A DNA stretch of 64,000 nt, from positions 982 through 64,981 of the forward strand of contig CAZZYQ010000017.1 of the NCBI GenBank assembly GCA_964658395.1, in the 5' to 3' direction. Source of the DNA: an uncultured Granulicella sp. (GTDB lineage: Bacteria; Acidobacteriota; Terriglobia; Terriglobales; Acidobacteriaceae). Below the pieces are notes generated by a model. The model did not search any database, had not been told where the DNA came from, and saw only the letters and a program-made list of their open reading frames with translations. Shown here piece after piece: positions 28,585 to 38,071 of this stretch (its first letter is position 1; every line of letters begins with the position of its first letter). The translations under genes were made by a program, and so were the position numbers.

Positions 28585-29706
28585 GTGACCGATTCCGCAG
28601 CATCCCTAGCGCTGAGCGTAATCATTCCCGTCAGGAATGAAGAGCAGTCGCTGCCTGCATGCCTCACCTCGTTGCTCTCCCAAAGCGAGACCGGCTTCGC
28701 CCTGGGCAGCGAATGGGAGCTGCTGCTGGTCAATGATGATTCTACCGATCGCACGGCCACAATCGCGGCGGAAGCCGCAGCAGCAAAGCCGGGGATCACC
28801 GTAGTCAAGGCTCCGCCGCTCGACCTTTCCGAACGCGGCGGGTTCACCGGCAAGAACAACGCCTGCTGGGCAGGTGCGCAACAGGCGCGCGGCAAGTGGC
28901 TGCTCTTTACCGATGCGGACACGGTACACGAGCCGGGAGACCTTTCCCGCGCCCTCCACGAGGCAGAAAAGTACAACGTCGCGCTGCTCTCCTACTCACC
29001 CCGGCAGATCGTAACGGGATTCTGGCAGCGCGCCGTAATGCCGCTCATCTTTTCAGAACTGGCAAGCGTCTACCCGCCCAAGCAGGTCAACGATCCCACT
29101 CGCCGCATAGCGGCCGCGAACGGCCAGTTCCTCCTCGTTGAAAGCGAAGCGTACTTCTCTGCAGGCGGTCATCGCGGTGTCGGCCGCGAGGTGCTTGAAG
29201 ATGTTGCGCTGGCCCAGAAGATTAAGCGCAGCACCCACAAGATCCGGCTTCGTTACGCCCCCGACGCGCTTTCGACGCGCATGTACCGGACGTTACCGGA
29301 GATGATTGAAGGTTGGACGAAGAACCTCGCCGTACTTTTTCCCCGTCCGATCTACCTGGCGCTATGGCGCGTGCTCGACATCGCCCTCTTCGTCGGCATT
29401 CCGGCGATCGCCCTCGGCATGCCCTTTCTGCTGACCTGGCAGCGTGTCGCGTTGCTGCTGGTCTGGCTCCGGACCATGTGGCGCTTCTATGCGCGCGTCG
29501 CGCGATCGAACTTCCCTGCTCTCGACTGCGCGGTTTCGATCCTCGGTGTGCCTCTGTTCGTCTTTCTTCTGGTCCGAAGCGTCGCGGACCATCGCGTGCG
29601 CAAGATGGTCCATTGGAAGGGCCGAAGCTACTCCACTTCGGCGTTGACCGTTGAATCGAGCATGCCCACTTCCACGTCTAATGCATTGAAGTCAAGGGCC
29701 AAATGA
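28585..29706 (+). CDS. Family 2 glycosyltransferase with C-terminal membrane domain (CrtQ/HpnI-like lipid glycosyltransferase architecture)
   Basis: GT-A N-terminus LSVIIPVRNEE, FTDADT, TRMYRTLPEMIEGWTKN, then 3-4 hydrophobic helices. GTG start. Confidence 0.75.
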   Translation: MTDSAASLALSVIIPVRNEEQSLPACLTSLLSQSETGFALGSEWELLLVNDDSTDRTATIAAEAAAAKPGITVVKAPPLDLSERGGFTGKNNACWAGAQQARGKWLLFTDADTVHEPGDLSRALHEAEKYNVALLSYSPRQIVTGFWQRAVMPLIFSELASVYPPKQVNDPTRRIAAANGQFLLVESEAYFSAGGHRGVGREVLEDVALAQKIKRSTHKIRLRYAPDALSTRMYRTLPEMIEGWTKNLAVLFPRPIYLALWRVLDIALFVGIPAIALGMPFLLTWQRVALLLVWLRTMWRFYARVARSNFPALDCAVSILGVPLFVFLLVRSVADHRVRKMVHWKGRSYSTSALTVESSMPTSTSNALKSRAK

Positions 29707-30122
29707 TCTTTCTTACGCGTAAAGCCGAGTTCTCTTCCGCACATTTCTACTGGAACGACTCCTGGTCGCAGGAGGAGAACGAGCGCGTCTTCGGCAGATG
29801 CGCTAACCGCAACGGTCACGGCCACAATTACACGCTTGAAGTAACAGTGGCAGGTGAGGTCGACCCCGTCAGCGGCTTCGTCGTCGATCTGAAGGAACTG
29901 AAGGATATTCTTGAGCGCGAGGTGGTCAGCGTCTACGACCATCGTCACCTGAACTATGAGGTACCCGAGTTCAAGACAGCCATTCCGACCACGGAGAACA
30001 TCTCCGTCGCCATCTGGAAGCGGCTCGACGGGAAGATCCCGAACGCGCAGCTGCACCGTGTTCGCGTCTACGAGATGCCGGACCTCTTCGCGGACTTCTA
30101 CGGAGAACACGATGGCGAATGA
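29703..30122 (+). CDS. 6-pyruvoyl-tetrahydropterin / 6-carboxy-tetrahydropterin synthase family (COG0720), catalytically complete paralog
   Basis: Zn ligands SSAHF and GHGHNY, Cys in GRCANRNGHGH, Asp-His dyad YDHRHLN, Glu in RVYEMP. ATGA overlap with the GT2 gene. Confidence 0.8.
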   Translation: MIFLTRKAEFSSAHFYWNDSWSQEENERVFGRCANRNGHGHNYTLEVTVAGEVDPVSGFVVDLKELKDILEREVVSVYDHRHLNYEVPEFKTAIPTTENISVAIWKRLDGKIPNAQLHRVRVYEMPDLFADFYGEHDGE

Positions 30123-30552
30123 ACCCATCGCCTGTCTTTCCCGCAGATACAACTTTAGTGCGTCGCACCGGCTGCATGCGGACGCCTATGATGAGGAGCG
30201 AAATCGTGCTGTGTTCGGCAAGTGCAATAATCCGCACGGCCACGGCCACAACTATATCGTCCAGATAACACTGTGTGGCCGTGTCGATCCTGTGACCGGC
30301 ATGGTCTGCAACCTGGGCGATCTGGATGCGTTCGCGAAGGTCAACCTGCTCGAGCGTTTCGACCTCACCAACTTGAATACGCTCGAGTGCTTTACCAGCA
30401 CGGTTTCCACGACGGAGAATCTGGCTTTGGAGATTCACCGCGTCTTTCAGAGTTTTCCGCATGCCACACTCCACCATGTTCACGTCGAGGAGACGCCCAA
30501 CAACTCGTTCGACTACCTCGGCGAAGCACCAAGGACGCCGAGGATCGCGTGA
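30112..30552 (+). CDS. PTPS-family paralog (mammalian-type GKCNNPHGHGHNY motif) lacking the dyad histidine
   Basis: FSASHRLH, FGKCNNPHGHGHNY, DPVTGMVCNL and STTEN are conserved. The position of the LDH(K)NLD motif reads FDLTNLN. Overlaps the preceding paralog by 11 nt. Confidence 0.75.
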   Translation: MANEPIACLSRRYNFSASHRLHADAYDEERNRAVFGKCNNPHGHGHNYIVQITLCGRVDPVTGMVCNLGDLDAFAKVNLLERFDLTNLNTLECFTSTVSTTENLALEIHRVFQSFPHATLHHVHVEETPNNSFDYLGEAPRTPRIA

Positions 30553-30573
30553 ACCATCGGAAAGGTCATATCT

Positions 30574-31182
30574 ATGACAAGCACCTTAGCCACGATTGAA
30601 GAACTCCCGCTCTCCGCCGTCTCAACCGAGGACCTGTATCGCGAGCTCCTGCTGCGTCTGGGCGAGGATCCGGGCCGCGACGGTCTGATCAAGACCCCGG
30701 AGCGGATGACCAAGTCGATGGCTTACCTGACCCGCGGCTACACCATGGACGCGAACGAGGTGCTGCACGACGCGCTCTTCGACGTGGACTACGATGAGAT
30801 GGTCCTCGTCAAGGACGTCGAGTTTTTCTCAATGTGCGAGCACCACCTGCTGCCCTTCTTCGGCAAGGCGCACGTCGCCTATGTGCCGAACGGAAAAGTC
30901 ATCGGGCTAAGCAAGATCCCCCGCCTTGTCGACATGTTCGCGCGCCGGCTTCAGGTTCAGGAGCGGCTAACCAGGCAGATCGCCGACGCCATCTCGGATG
31001 CCATCAACCCGCAGGGGGTGGCGATCATCATCGAGGCCCAACACCTTTGCATGATGATGCGCGGCGTCGAGAAGCAGCACTCCTCGACCGTAACGTCAGC
31101 TATGCTTGGCGTTTTCAAGTCGCAGCTGCCCACGCGGAACGAGTTCCTGTCACTGGTGCGACAGCGTAGCTCCTCGCTCTAG
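30574..31182 (+). CDS. folE: GTP cyclohydrolase I
   Basis: Motifs [18 protein letters not shown] and [12 protein letters not shown]. Confidence 0.9.
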   Translation: MTSTLATIEELPLSAVSTEDLYRELLLRLGEDPGRDGLIKTPERMTKSMAYLTRGYTMDANEVLHDALFDVDYDEMVLVKDVEFFSMCEHHLLPFFGKAHVAYVPNGKVIGLSKIPRLVDMFARRLQVQERLTRQIADAISDAINPQGVAIIIEAQHLCMMMRGVEKQHSSTVTSAMLGVFKSQLPTRNEFLSLVRQRSSSL

Positions 31183-31437
31183 GCTAGCGGAGTGAGCGCT
31201 TCGTATTGTTCTGCTGATGGACGATAATTTGATCGGCATTAATCAGAAACGTCAAAGTTCGCAGCCTCTGCAGCATGGATAGGCCCCCCATTTGTTGGGT
31301 TCAGCCCGGCCGATATCATTCGCGAACTCCACCGTATGACCGGAAAGGCACGGGCGCAGTCCATGGGGGACGTTCTAGTCGAAGAGCCATTGCACACCCC
31401 CCCCCGTCAATCTGTCGCCAGCGTAGTCTGTATCAGG

Positions 31438-32316
31438 ATGAATGGTCTTCTTGTACTGGATAAACCCGCGGGGATGACCTCGCATGATGTTGTCGCGATT
31501 GTACGGAGAGCAACCGGCGAGCGGTCGATCGGCCATTTGGGCACGCTTGACCCCATGGCGACCGGCGTTCTGCCTTTGCTCCTGGGCAAGTACACCCGGC
31601 TTGCTCAGTTCTTCGGACAGGCGGAAAAGAGCTACACCGGCACGATCCGCTTCGGCTTTTCTACAGATAGCTTTGACGCGGACGGCGAGGCCACCTCTGA
31701 CCCTCGACCCTTGCAGCACTCACTCGAAGAGCTCCGCGCACTTGCCGCAAACTTCAAGGGACAGATGCAGCAGGTGCCTCCAATCTTCTCCGCCAAAAAG
31801 ATCGACGGTGTTCCCGCGCACAAGCTGGCACGCGCAGGCAAGCCGGTGCCGGTAAAGCCCGCAACCATCCTCATCCACAGCCTCAGCCTGACCGCTCTTG
31901 AAGGCGACACAGCTTCGTTTGAGATGACCATCTCGGCCGGCGGATATGTCCGCTCCGTCGCGCATGAACTGGGTCAGCTTGCAGGTTGTGGAGCGCATCT
32001 CTCGAGCCTGCGGCGCACACGCGCCGGCGCGTTCACGCTTGCTGAGGCCCTCCGGGTGGAGCAGTTGAAGGCGCTCGCCGGAGATCTGGCGGCGGTAGAA
32101 GCACTGCTGCCGCACCCTCGCACGATGCTCGCCGAGATGCCTTCTGTCACCGTCGATGAGCAGACCGCCGGCCGTCTGCGCAACGGCATGCAGATCAACC
32201 TGCCTGAATTTTCGGACGCCTCGCTGATCAAAGTGTTCACCGGCCCGCGCGAACTGCTGGCCATCGTTCGTCGCATCGCGGGAACTCTGACGCAGCCGAT
32301 CGTTGTTATTGGCTAA
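31438..32316 (+). CDS. truB: tRNA pseudouridine(55) synthase
   Basis: LVLDKPAGMTSHDVV and catalytic Asp motif GHLGTLDPMATGVLPLL. ATG at 31438 is preferred over the upstream extension. Confidence 0.85.
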   Translation: MNGLLVLDKPAGMTSHDVVAIVRRATGERSIGHLGTLDPMATGVLPLLLGKYTRLAQFFGQAEKSYTGTIRFGFSTDSFDADGEATSDPRPLQHSLEELRALAANFKGQMQQVPPIFSAKKIDGVPAHKLARAGKPVPVKPATILIHSLSLTALEGDTASFEMTISAGGYVRSVAHELGQLAGCGAHLSSLRRTRAGAFTLAEALRVEQLKALAGDLAAVEALLPHPRTMLAEMPSVTVDEQTAGRLRNGMQINLPEFSDASLIKVFTGPRELLAIVRRIAGTLTQPIVVIG

Positions 32317-32430
32317 GGGCACTCCGCGGCTCCAGCATGCCGTGGGATCATCCCTGCGAGTTGAGTCTTGTTCTTTGCGCGTTCGGCAAGCCATCGGGCA
32401 CGGGACCGAGCACGCCAGCGGGCAATGCCG

Positions 32431-33144
32431 TTACTTCTTCAGCAGCGGCGTCAGCAGTGGGAGCACGTTTGCCGCAACGATCTTGTTGCCGGCAGCGGTG
32501 GCGTGGATTTGGTCCGCCTGCATCAATCCCGGTAGACCATAAACATGGTTCAGCATGAACGGCAGCAGAGGCACGTTGTACTTCTTCGCGATCAACGGGT
32601 ACGTCGCGTCGAACTGCTTGATGTAAGCGGCGCCGTAGTTCGGCGGCAGCGTGATGCCGAGCAGCACGACCTTGCTGCCGCTCTTCACCAGTTTTCCGAC
32701 GATCGCATCCAGGTTGCCGCGCGACTCCTCGATGGGCAGCCCGCGCAGACCGTCGTTTCCGCCGAACTCAACCACAACGATCGCGGCCTTCATCGCCAGC
32801 ACTCCAGCAAGCCGGTCGATGCCGTCCTTGGTCGTGTTTCCGCTCACGCCTTCGTTGACGACGCGATACTTGTAACCCTGGCTGTCGAGGGCTGCCTGCA
32901 GGTAATCGGGATAGCTCTGCCCGAGCTCGGTGCCGTAGCCAGCGGTCAGGCTGTCGCCAAAACACACAATCAGAGGTCGTTTCTCGGCATCTGCCTCCGC
33001 CGACGGCTCAGCGGCGCTCGCCGTTGCAGGAGCCGCCGCCGCGGGCGAGTCAACCTGCGCCTGTGGCGTTCCCTTACCGGCCTTGCATCCAGCAGCGGCG
33101 AACACTGCGCAGGCTAGAATGACGAGAAAGCCGATTCGTCGCAT
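32431..33144 (-). CDS. tesA: SGNH/GDSL arylesterase-thioesterase (TesA-like), lipoprotein
   Basis: Block I CFGDSLTAGYG, block III GGNDGLRG, lipobox FAAAGC. Confidence 0.8.
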   Translation of the reverse strand: MRRIGFLVILACAVFAAAGCKAGKGTPQAQVDSPAAAAPATASAAEPSAEADAEKRPLIVCFGDSLTAGYGTELGQSYPDYLQAALDSQGYKYRVVNEGVSGNTTKDGIDRLAGVLAMKAAIVVVEFGGNDGLRGLPIEESRGNLDAIVGKLVKSGSKVVLLGITLPPNYGAAYIKQFDATYPLIAKKYNVPLLPFMLNHVYGLPGLMQADQIHATAAGNKIVAANVLPLLTPLLKK

Positions 33145-33225
33145 CCTTTGAATCTACCAAAACGTCTATGCAGGTATGCACCGCATCCCAGGAGAGCGCC
33201 GCAGGTGAACACAGCCCCGTCCGGA

Positions 33226-33966
33226 ATGATCGTCGTCGATGGTCTGCGCAAATCGATCCGCAACGGGTCTCGCACCGTCGACATTCTGAAGGGCATCGAC
33301 TTCTCCGTGCCAGCGGGCGAGTTTGTCGCGATCATGGGCGCGTCTGGCTCCGGAAAGTCCACCCTGTTGGGCCTGCTCGCAGGGCTGGACACACCGAGCG
33401 CGGGTAATGTCCACCTGAATGGCACCGCGATCAGTTATCTTCCGGAAGACAAGCTGGCCCAGGTCCGCGGTCGCACGATTGGCTTTGTGTTTCAGTCCTA
33501 CCAGCTCATCCCAACCCTCACCGCGCTTGAGAACGTCCTGCTCCCCTACGAACTGAATACGGAAGCTCAGCAGAGTGGGGCGGGCAAGAAGCGCGCCCGC
33601 GAGTTGCTGGAAAGCGTTGGCCTAAGCGATCGCCTTGACCACTATCCGGTGCAGCTCTCTGGCGGCGAGCAGCAGCGCGTCGCACTCGCCCGCGCCTTCG
33701 TTCTTCGCCCACCGATCGTCCTTGCCGACGAACCAACCGGCAACCTCGACACCACGAACGGCGCGCAGGTGCTGAAGTTGCTGCTTCATCTGAATCGCAC
33801 CGAAGGGACGACGTTGGTTCTGGTTACCCACGACGCCTTGCTTGCCTCCTACGCAAACCGCACGATCGTACTTCGCGATGGCCTCGTCGTGGCCGACGAG
33901 ACGAACCCGCGTCCGGCCGGGACGGCGGCGCAAACGCACGGCGAGATCGTCGCCGTGGCCGGCTAG
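33226..33966 (+). CDS. ABC transporter ATP-binding protein (YbbA/LolD-like)
   Basis: Walker [10 protein letters not shown], signature [14 protein letters not shown], Walker [13 protein letters not shown]. Divergent from the tesA-like gene. Confidence 0.8.
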   Translation: MIVVDGLRKSIRNGSRTVDILKGIDFSVPAGEFVAIMGASGSGKSTLLGLLAGLDTPSAGNVHLNGTAISYLPEDKLAQVRGRTIGFVFQSYQLIPTLTALENVLLPYELNTEAQQSGAGKKRARELLESVGLSDRLDHYPVQLSGGEQQRVALARAFVLRPPIVLADEPTGNLDTTNGAQVLKLLLHLNRTEGTTLVLVTHDALLASYANRTIVLRDGLVVADETNPRPAGTAAQTHGEIVAVAG

Positions 33967-33974
33967 CGCGGATC

Positions 33975-36557
33975 ATGGCAAGTCTCTCGTACGCCTCCGC
34001 CGTTAAGATCGCCGCGCGCGAGATGCGCTCCTCCCGCGGCAAATTCTTCTTCGTTGTGCTGTCCGTCGCAATCGGTGTCGCTGCGCTTACAGGTGTCCGC
34101 GGCTTTAGCTCCTCATTTCGGGGAGCGCTCCTGACTCGCGCCCGCAGCATCATGGCCGGCGACCTTGCGGCACGGATGTTTCAGCAGCCCACACCGGACC
34201 AGCAGAAGGAACTCGATCAGATTGCCGCGTCCGGAGTGGAAGTCACTCCGGTGACCGAGCTGCTCTCGATGGCAAGCTCGCCGAAGACGCTCGATCCGCT
34301 GCTGATCTCGTTGAAGGCTGTCGATCCGACCAAATACCCCTTCTACGGTGCAGTCGATCTCGAACCGAAAGATGCCCTCTCTTCTGTCCTGCACGATGAC
34401 ACGGTCGTCGTCGCCGACGACCTCCTCATTCGTCTGCACTTGAAGATTGGCGACGACCTGACCGTGGGCAACAAGGTCTTCCGCATCGCATCGGTCGTAT
34501 TGAATGAGCCTGACCGGCTTTCCGGCAACTTCGCCGCCGGGCCGCGCGTGCTGATCTCGCGCGAGGGGCTCGATGCCAGCGGTCTGCTTGCGCCGGGAAG
34601 CCACTCCGGCCAGCGATACCTCTTCAAGGTGCCGCTTCCCGGGAACGGCGCGCCCATCTCCGAAAAGGCTGTGGCGGACCTTAAGCTCCGGCTCGAGAAG
34701 CTGCTGCCGGAGGCCCAGGTCACCGACTATCGCGAGACCAACCCCGCGCTCACGCAAGGTCTCGACCGCGCCACCAGCCTGCTCTCGTTGATGAGCCTGG
34801 TCGCTCTCGTTCTCGGCGCGATCGGCGTGGCCATGGCGATGCGGGCACACCTGCAACAGCGGCTGGACACGATCGCCATCATGAAGTCGCTCGGCGCACG
34901 CTCCGGGCAGATCATCAAGATCTACCTGCTGCAGACGCTGCTGCTCGGCGTCCTCGGCGGCTTGATCGGCGTCGCCCTCGGTGTCGGCGTTCAACTCGCC
35001 TTTCCGTATCTGCTCGCCCGGCTCATCAACGTAGAGACCCACGTGCATGTGCAGCTTCGCACCATTCTAACGGGCCTCGGCACCGGCGTTTTGACCACGC
35101 TGCTCTTTACCCTGCCGCCGCTGCTCGACATCCGCGGCGTGCGTCCAATCCTGATCCTTCGGCGCGCCGTCGAAGACTCCGACGATCCGTTCGCGACGGC
35201 GATCCGCCGCAAGATCACGAAGAACTACGCTCAGATCGGCGCTGTCGCTCTGATCCTGATCGGCCTTGCCGCCATCGCGACCACGCTCAGCGACTCGGCC
35301 ACCGTGGGCCGCGTTTTTTCGGTGGGCCTCGTCATTGTGCTGGCCGTGCTGCTCGCCTCTTCCGCGGCAGTGCTCGCTGCGCTGCGCTACTTTCTTTCGC
35401 GGACGCGGCTGCATCTGCCTTCCTCGCTGCGCCACGGACTTGCCAACCTGTACCGACCCGGCAATCCGAGTGCCGCTCTGCTGGCTGCCGTCGGCATGGG
35501 CGTCATGCAGATCACCACGGTCTACCTCGTGCAACAGGCCGTGGTCAAAGAGCTGCACATGTCCTCCGCCCCGGATCTGCCAAACGTCTTCATGATCGAC
35601 ATCACCACCGATGAAGTCGAGGGTGTTCGCAAGCTGCTGAGCGCGCAGCCCGGTGTAACACTCGCGCCGGAGATGCTGCCTGTGGTCTCATCGCGCATCG
35701 TGGCCATCAACGGCGTCCCAGCCGCTGAAGTGAAGTTGAAGAACTTTCCCAGGCGCATGCTGCAGTCCATCTCGCTGACGTGGTCGGCAACGCCGCCGCC
35801 GGGCACAAAGACGGTTGCGGGAGCCTGGTGGAGCCCGGACGCCACCACACCACAGGTCGCCGTCGCCCAGCGGCAGGCGGAGCGGCTTGGCGTAAAGGTC
35901 GGCTCGACCATCACCTTCGCGGCGCAAGACAAGCAGATCGTCGCCACCGTTGCCGCCTTGATCGCGGCAGACGGCCAGCACGCCTACTCGCGCGCCGAGT
36001 TCATCCTTCCCCAACCCGTACTGTCCGCGCTGCCCGTGGTATGGTACGGTGGCGTCCACGTCGATCCGGCTCGTGTCGGCGAGGTGCAGCGGGCACTCTA
36101 CAAGGCTTACCCAACCGTCACGGTCATCAACGTGGCGGCGGCGCTTGAGACCGTGCGCAACGTTGTCATCCAGATCACGTACGTCATCCAGTTCCTCGCA
36201 GCCTTCTCGATCTTCGCCGGCGTGGTGATCCTGGCGAGTTCGATCGCGGGCACACGTTATCGCCGCATACGTGAGGTCGTCGTCATGAAGACGCTTGGCG
36301 CGACCCGGACCCGCATCGCCACCGTTTTTTCGATCGAGTTTGCCGTTCTCGGCATGGTCGCCGGACTCGTCGGCGTCTTCTTCGCCAATGCGATCGCGCG
36401 CGTCCTGCTGCACCGGATGACGATCGACTACCACTTCCAGCCGCTTTGGACCCTGGGTGCCCTGTTCGCGACAGCGCTGCTGACGGTAGGAACAGGCTGG
36501 GCCGCGAGTCACAGGATTCTCGGCCAGAAGCCGCTTGAAGTTTTACGCGAGGAATAA
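33975..36557 (+). CDS. ABC transporter permease with duplicated FtsX domains (YbbP-like)
   Basis: 860 aa with two FtsX-type 4-TM modules, each preceded by an extracytoplasmic domain (e.g. MKSLGARSGQI and MKTLGATRTRI motifs). Confidence 0.8.
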   Translation: MASLSYASAVKIAAREMRSSRGKFFFVVLSVAIGVAALTGVRGFSSSFRGALLTRARSIMAGDLAARMFQQPTPDQQKELDQIAASGVEVTPVTELLSMASSPKTLDPLLISLKAVDPTKYPFYGAVDLEPKDALSSVLHDDTVVVADDLLIRLHLKIGDDLTVGNKVFRIASVVLNEPDRLSGNFAAGPRVLISREGLDASGLLAPGSHSGQRYLFKVPLPGNGAPISEKAVADLKLRLEKLLPEAQVTDYRETNPALTQGLDRATSLLSLMSLVALVLGAIGVAMAMRAHLQQRLDTIAIMKSLGARSGQIIKIYLLQTLLLGVLGGLIGVALGVGVQLAFPYLLARLINVETHVHVQLRTILTGLGTGVLTTLLFTLPPLLDIRGVRPILILRRAVEDSDDPFATAIRRKITKNYAQIGAVALILIGLAAIATTLSDSATVGRVFSVGLVIVLAVLLASSAAVLAALRYFLSRTRLHLPSSLRHGLANLYRPGNPSAALLAAVGMGVMQITTVYLVQQAVVKELHMSSAPDLPNVFMIDITTDEVEGVRKLLSAQPGVTLAPEMLPVVSSRIVAINGVPAAEVKLKNFPRRMLQSISLTWSATPPPGTKTVAGAWWSPDATTPQVAVAQRQAERLGVKVGSTITFAAQDKQIVATVAALIAADGQHAYSRAEFILPQPVLSALPVVWYGGVHVDPARVGEVQRALYKAYPTVTVINVAAALETVRNVVIQITYVIQFLAAFSIFAGVVILASSIAGTRYRRIREVVVMKTLGATRTRIATVFSIEFAVLGMVAGLVGVFFANAIARVLLHRMTIDYHFQPLWTLGALFATALLTVGTGWAASHRILGQKPLEVLREE

Positions 36558-36748
36558 ACGCGCGGCTCCGATACCCTACTGGGGTATACTTGCGTTCAGA
36601 GCGGAGCCGTAGAAAAAGAAACTCGTAGCCATCTTCCGTGTCTCTGTTCTATACCCGGCCCGATCTTCACAAAACATTTGCAGTCGAGTGGCATTCTAAG
36701 ACGATCATTTTGGCATTCCTAAGCAAGAGCTTTCATCATCTTTGTCGC

Positions 36749-38071
36749 ATGCGAACGGTTCCAAGGCGTGCTTCCATGTGCGTGGGCGTCCTAGTTGCCG
36801 CGGCAGCCCTACCCTTCGACTGTGCCGCGCAGACGTCACAAACGACCGCTGCGGCAAGCTCGGTCGCCCAGTCTTCCGCTGCCCCGAACGCACTCACCTG
36901 GCCGCAGGTACAGGACCGCTTCCGGGCGTCAAACCCGACCCTGCGTGCCGGCGCGATCGGCATCGACGAGAACCGCGCCCAGGAGATTACGGCACATCTT
37001 CGCCCCAATCCCACCTTCAACGCGCAGCTCGACCAGGTCACGCTGTTTCATAGCGACCCGTTTCAGCCGCTGTTTTATTCGTACCCAAACGTCACGTTCA
37101 ATTACCTGCACGAACGCGAACATAAACGAGAACTTCGCACTGAAAGTGCCCGGCAGGCGACCACCATCGCCACTTCGAATCAAACCGACTTGATTCGTAC
37201 CCTGAACTTCACGCTGCGCACCCAGTTCGTCCAGACTTTGCAGGCCAAGGCGGTGCTCGCGCTCACCAGTGAGAACCTCGCCTTCTACGACCATGTAATC
37301 GACGTAAGCCGCGAGCGTTTCAAGGCGGGCGACATTGCACAGGTCGATCTCGACCGCCTCGAGCTTGGCCGGGTGCAGTATGAGGCCGACAACGAGGCGG
37401 CCGACGTGAATGTGCGCACGGCCAAGATTCAGTTGCTCCAGCTGCTGAACGACAGGACGCCGGTGGACCAGTTCGACGTGACCGGACCGTATGAGTTCTC
37501 AGACGCTCTGCAGCCGCTCGCGCAGTACCACCAGACCGCGCTCACAGTACGGCCCGACCTGCAGGCCGCCATTCAGACCGCACAGAAGGCGCGCATCGAC
37601 CACGACCTCGCCATCGCGAATGGATCGACCGATCCGACCTTCGGCTTCGATGCCGCGCACCAGCCTACACCGCTGAACAGCTACATCGGCTTGAGCGTGA
37701 ACATACCGCTGCGGATCTTCGATCGCAATCAGGGCGAGAAGCGCCGCACTCTGCTCGACATCGACCTGCAGCAGCAGCAGGTTGAGGCCGCGCGGGCGCA
37801 GGTCTTTGCGGATGTCGATGCTTCCTACGTTACGGTTGACAGCCAGTTGAAGCTGCTGCGGCCCTATAAGGAGAAGTATCTCAACCTCGCGTCGCGAGTC
37901 CGGGACACGATCTCCTTTTCCTATCAGCATGGCGGGGCTTCGCTGCTCGACTTTCTTCAGGCACAGAGCGACTATCGCGGCGTGCAGCTTGGATACATCA
38001 ATCTGGTCGGCGCTTACCTGACCGCTGCAGCGCAGATGAACGAGGCCGTGGGCCAGGAAGTACTTCAGTGA
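36749..38071 (+). CDS. czcC: TolC-family outer membrane efflux protein (CzcC-like)
   Basis: Signal peptide and two OEP repeats. The stop overlaps the next gene's start. ATG at 36749 is preferred. Confidence 0.8.
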   Translation: MRTVPRRASMCVGVLVAAAALPFDCAAQTSQTTAAASSVAQSSAAPNALTWPQVQDRFRASNPTLRAGAIGIDENRAQEITAHLRPNPTFNAQLDQVTLFHSDPFQPLFYSYPNVTFNYLHEREHKRELRTESARQATTIATSNQTDLIRTLNFTLRTQFVQTLQAKAVLALTSENLAFYDHVIDVSRERFKAGDIAQVDLDRLELGRVQYEADNEAADVNVRTAKIQLLQLLNDRTPVDQFDVTGPYEFSDALQPLAQYHQTALTVRPDLQAAIQTAQKARIDHDLAIANGSTDPTFGFDAAHQPTPLNSYIGLSVNIPLRIFDRNQGEKRRTLLDIDLQQQQVEAARAQVFADVDASYVTVDSQLKLLRPYKEKYLNLASRVRDTISFSYQHGGASLLDFLQAQSDYRGVQLGYINLVGAYLTAAAQMNEAVGQEVLQ

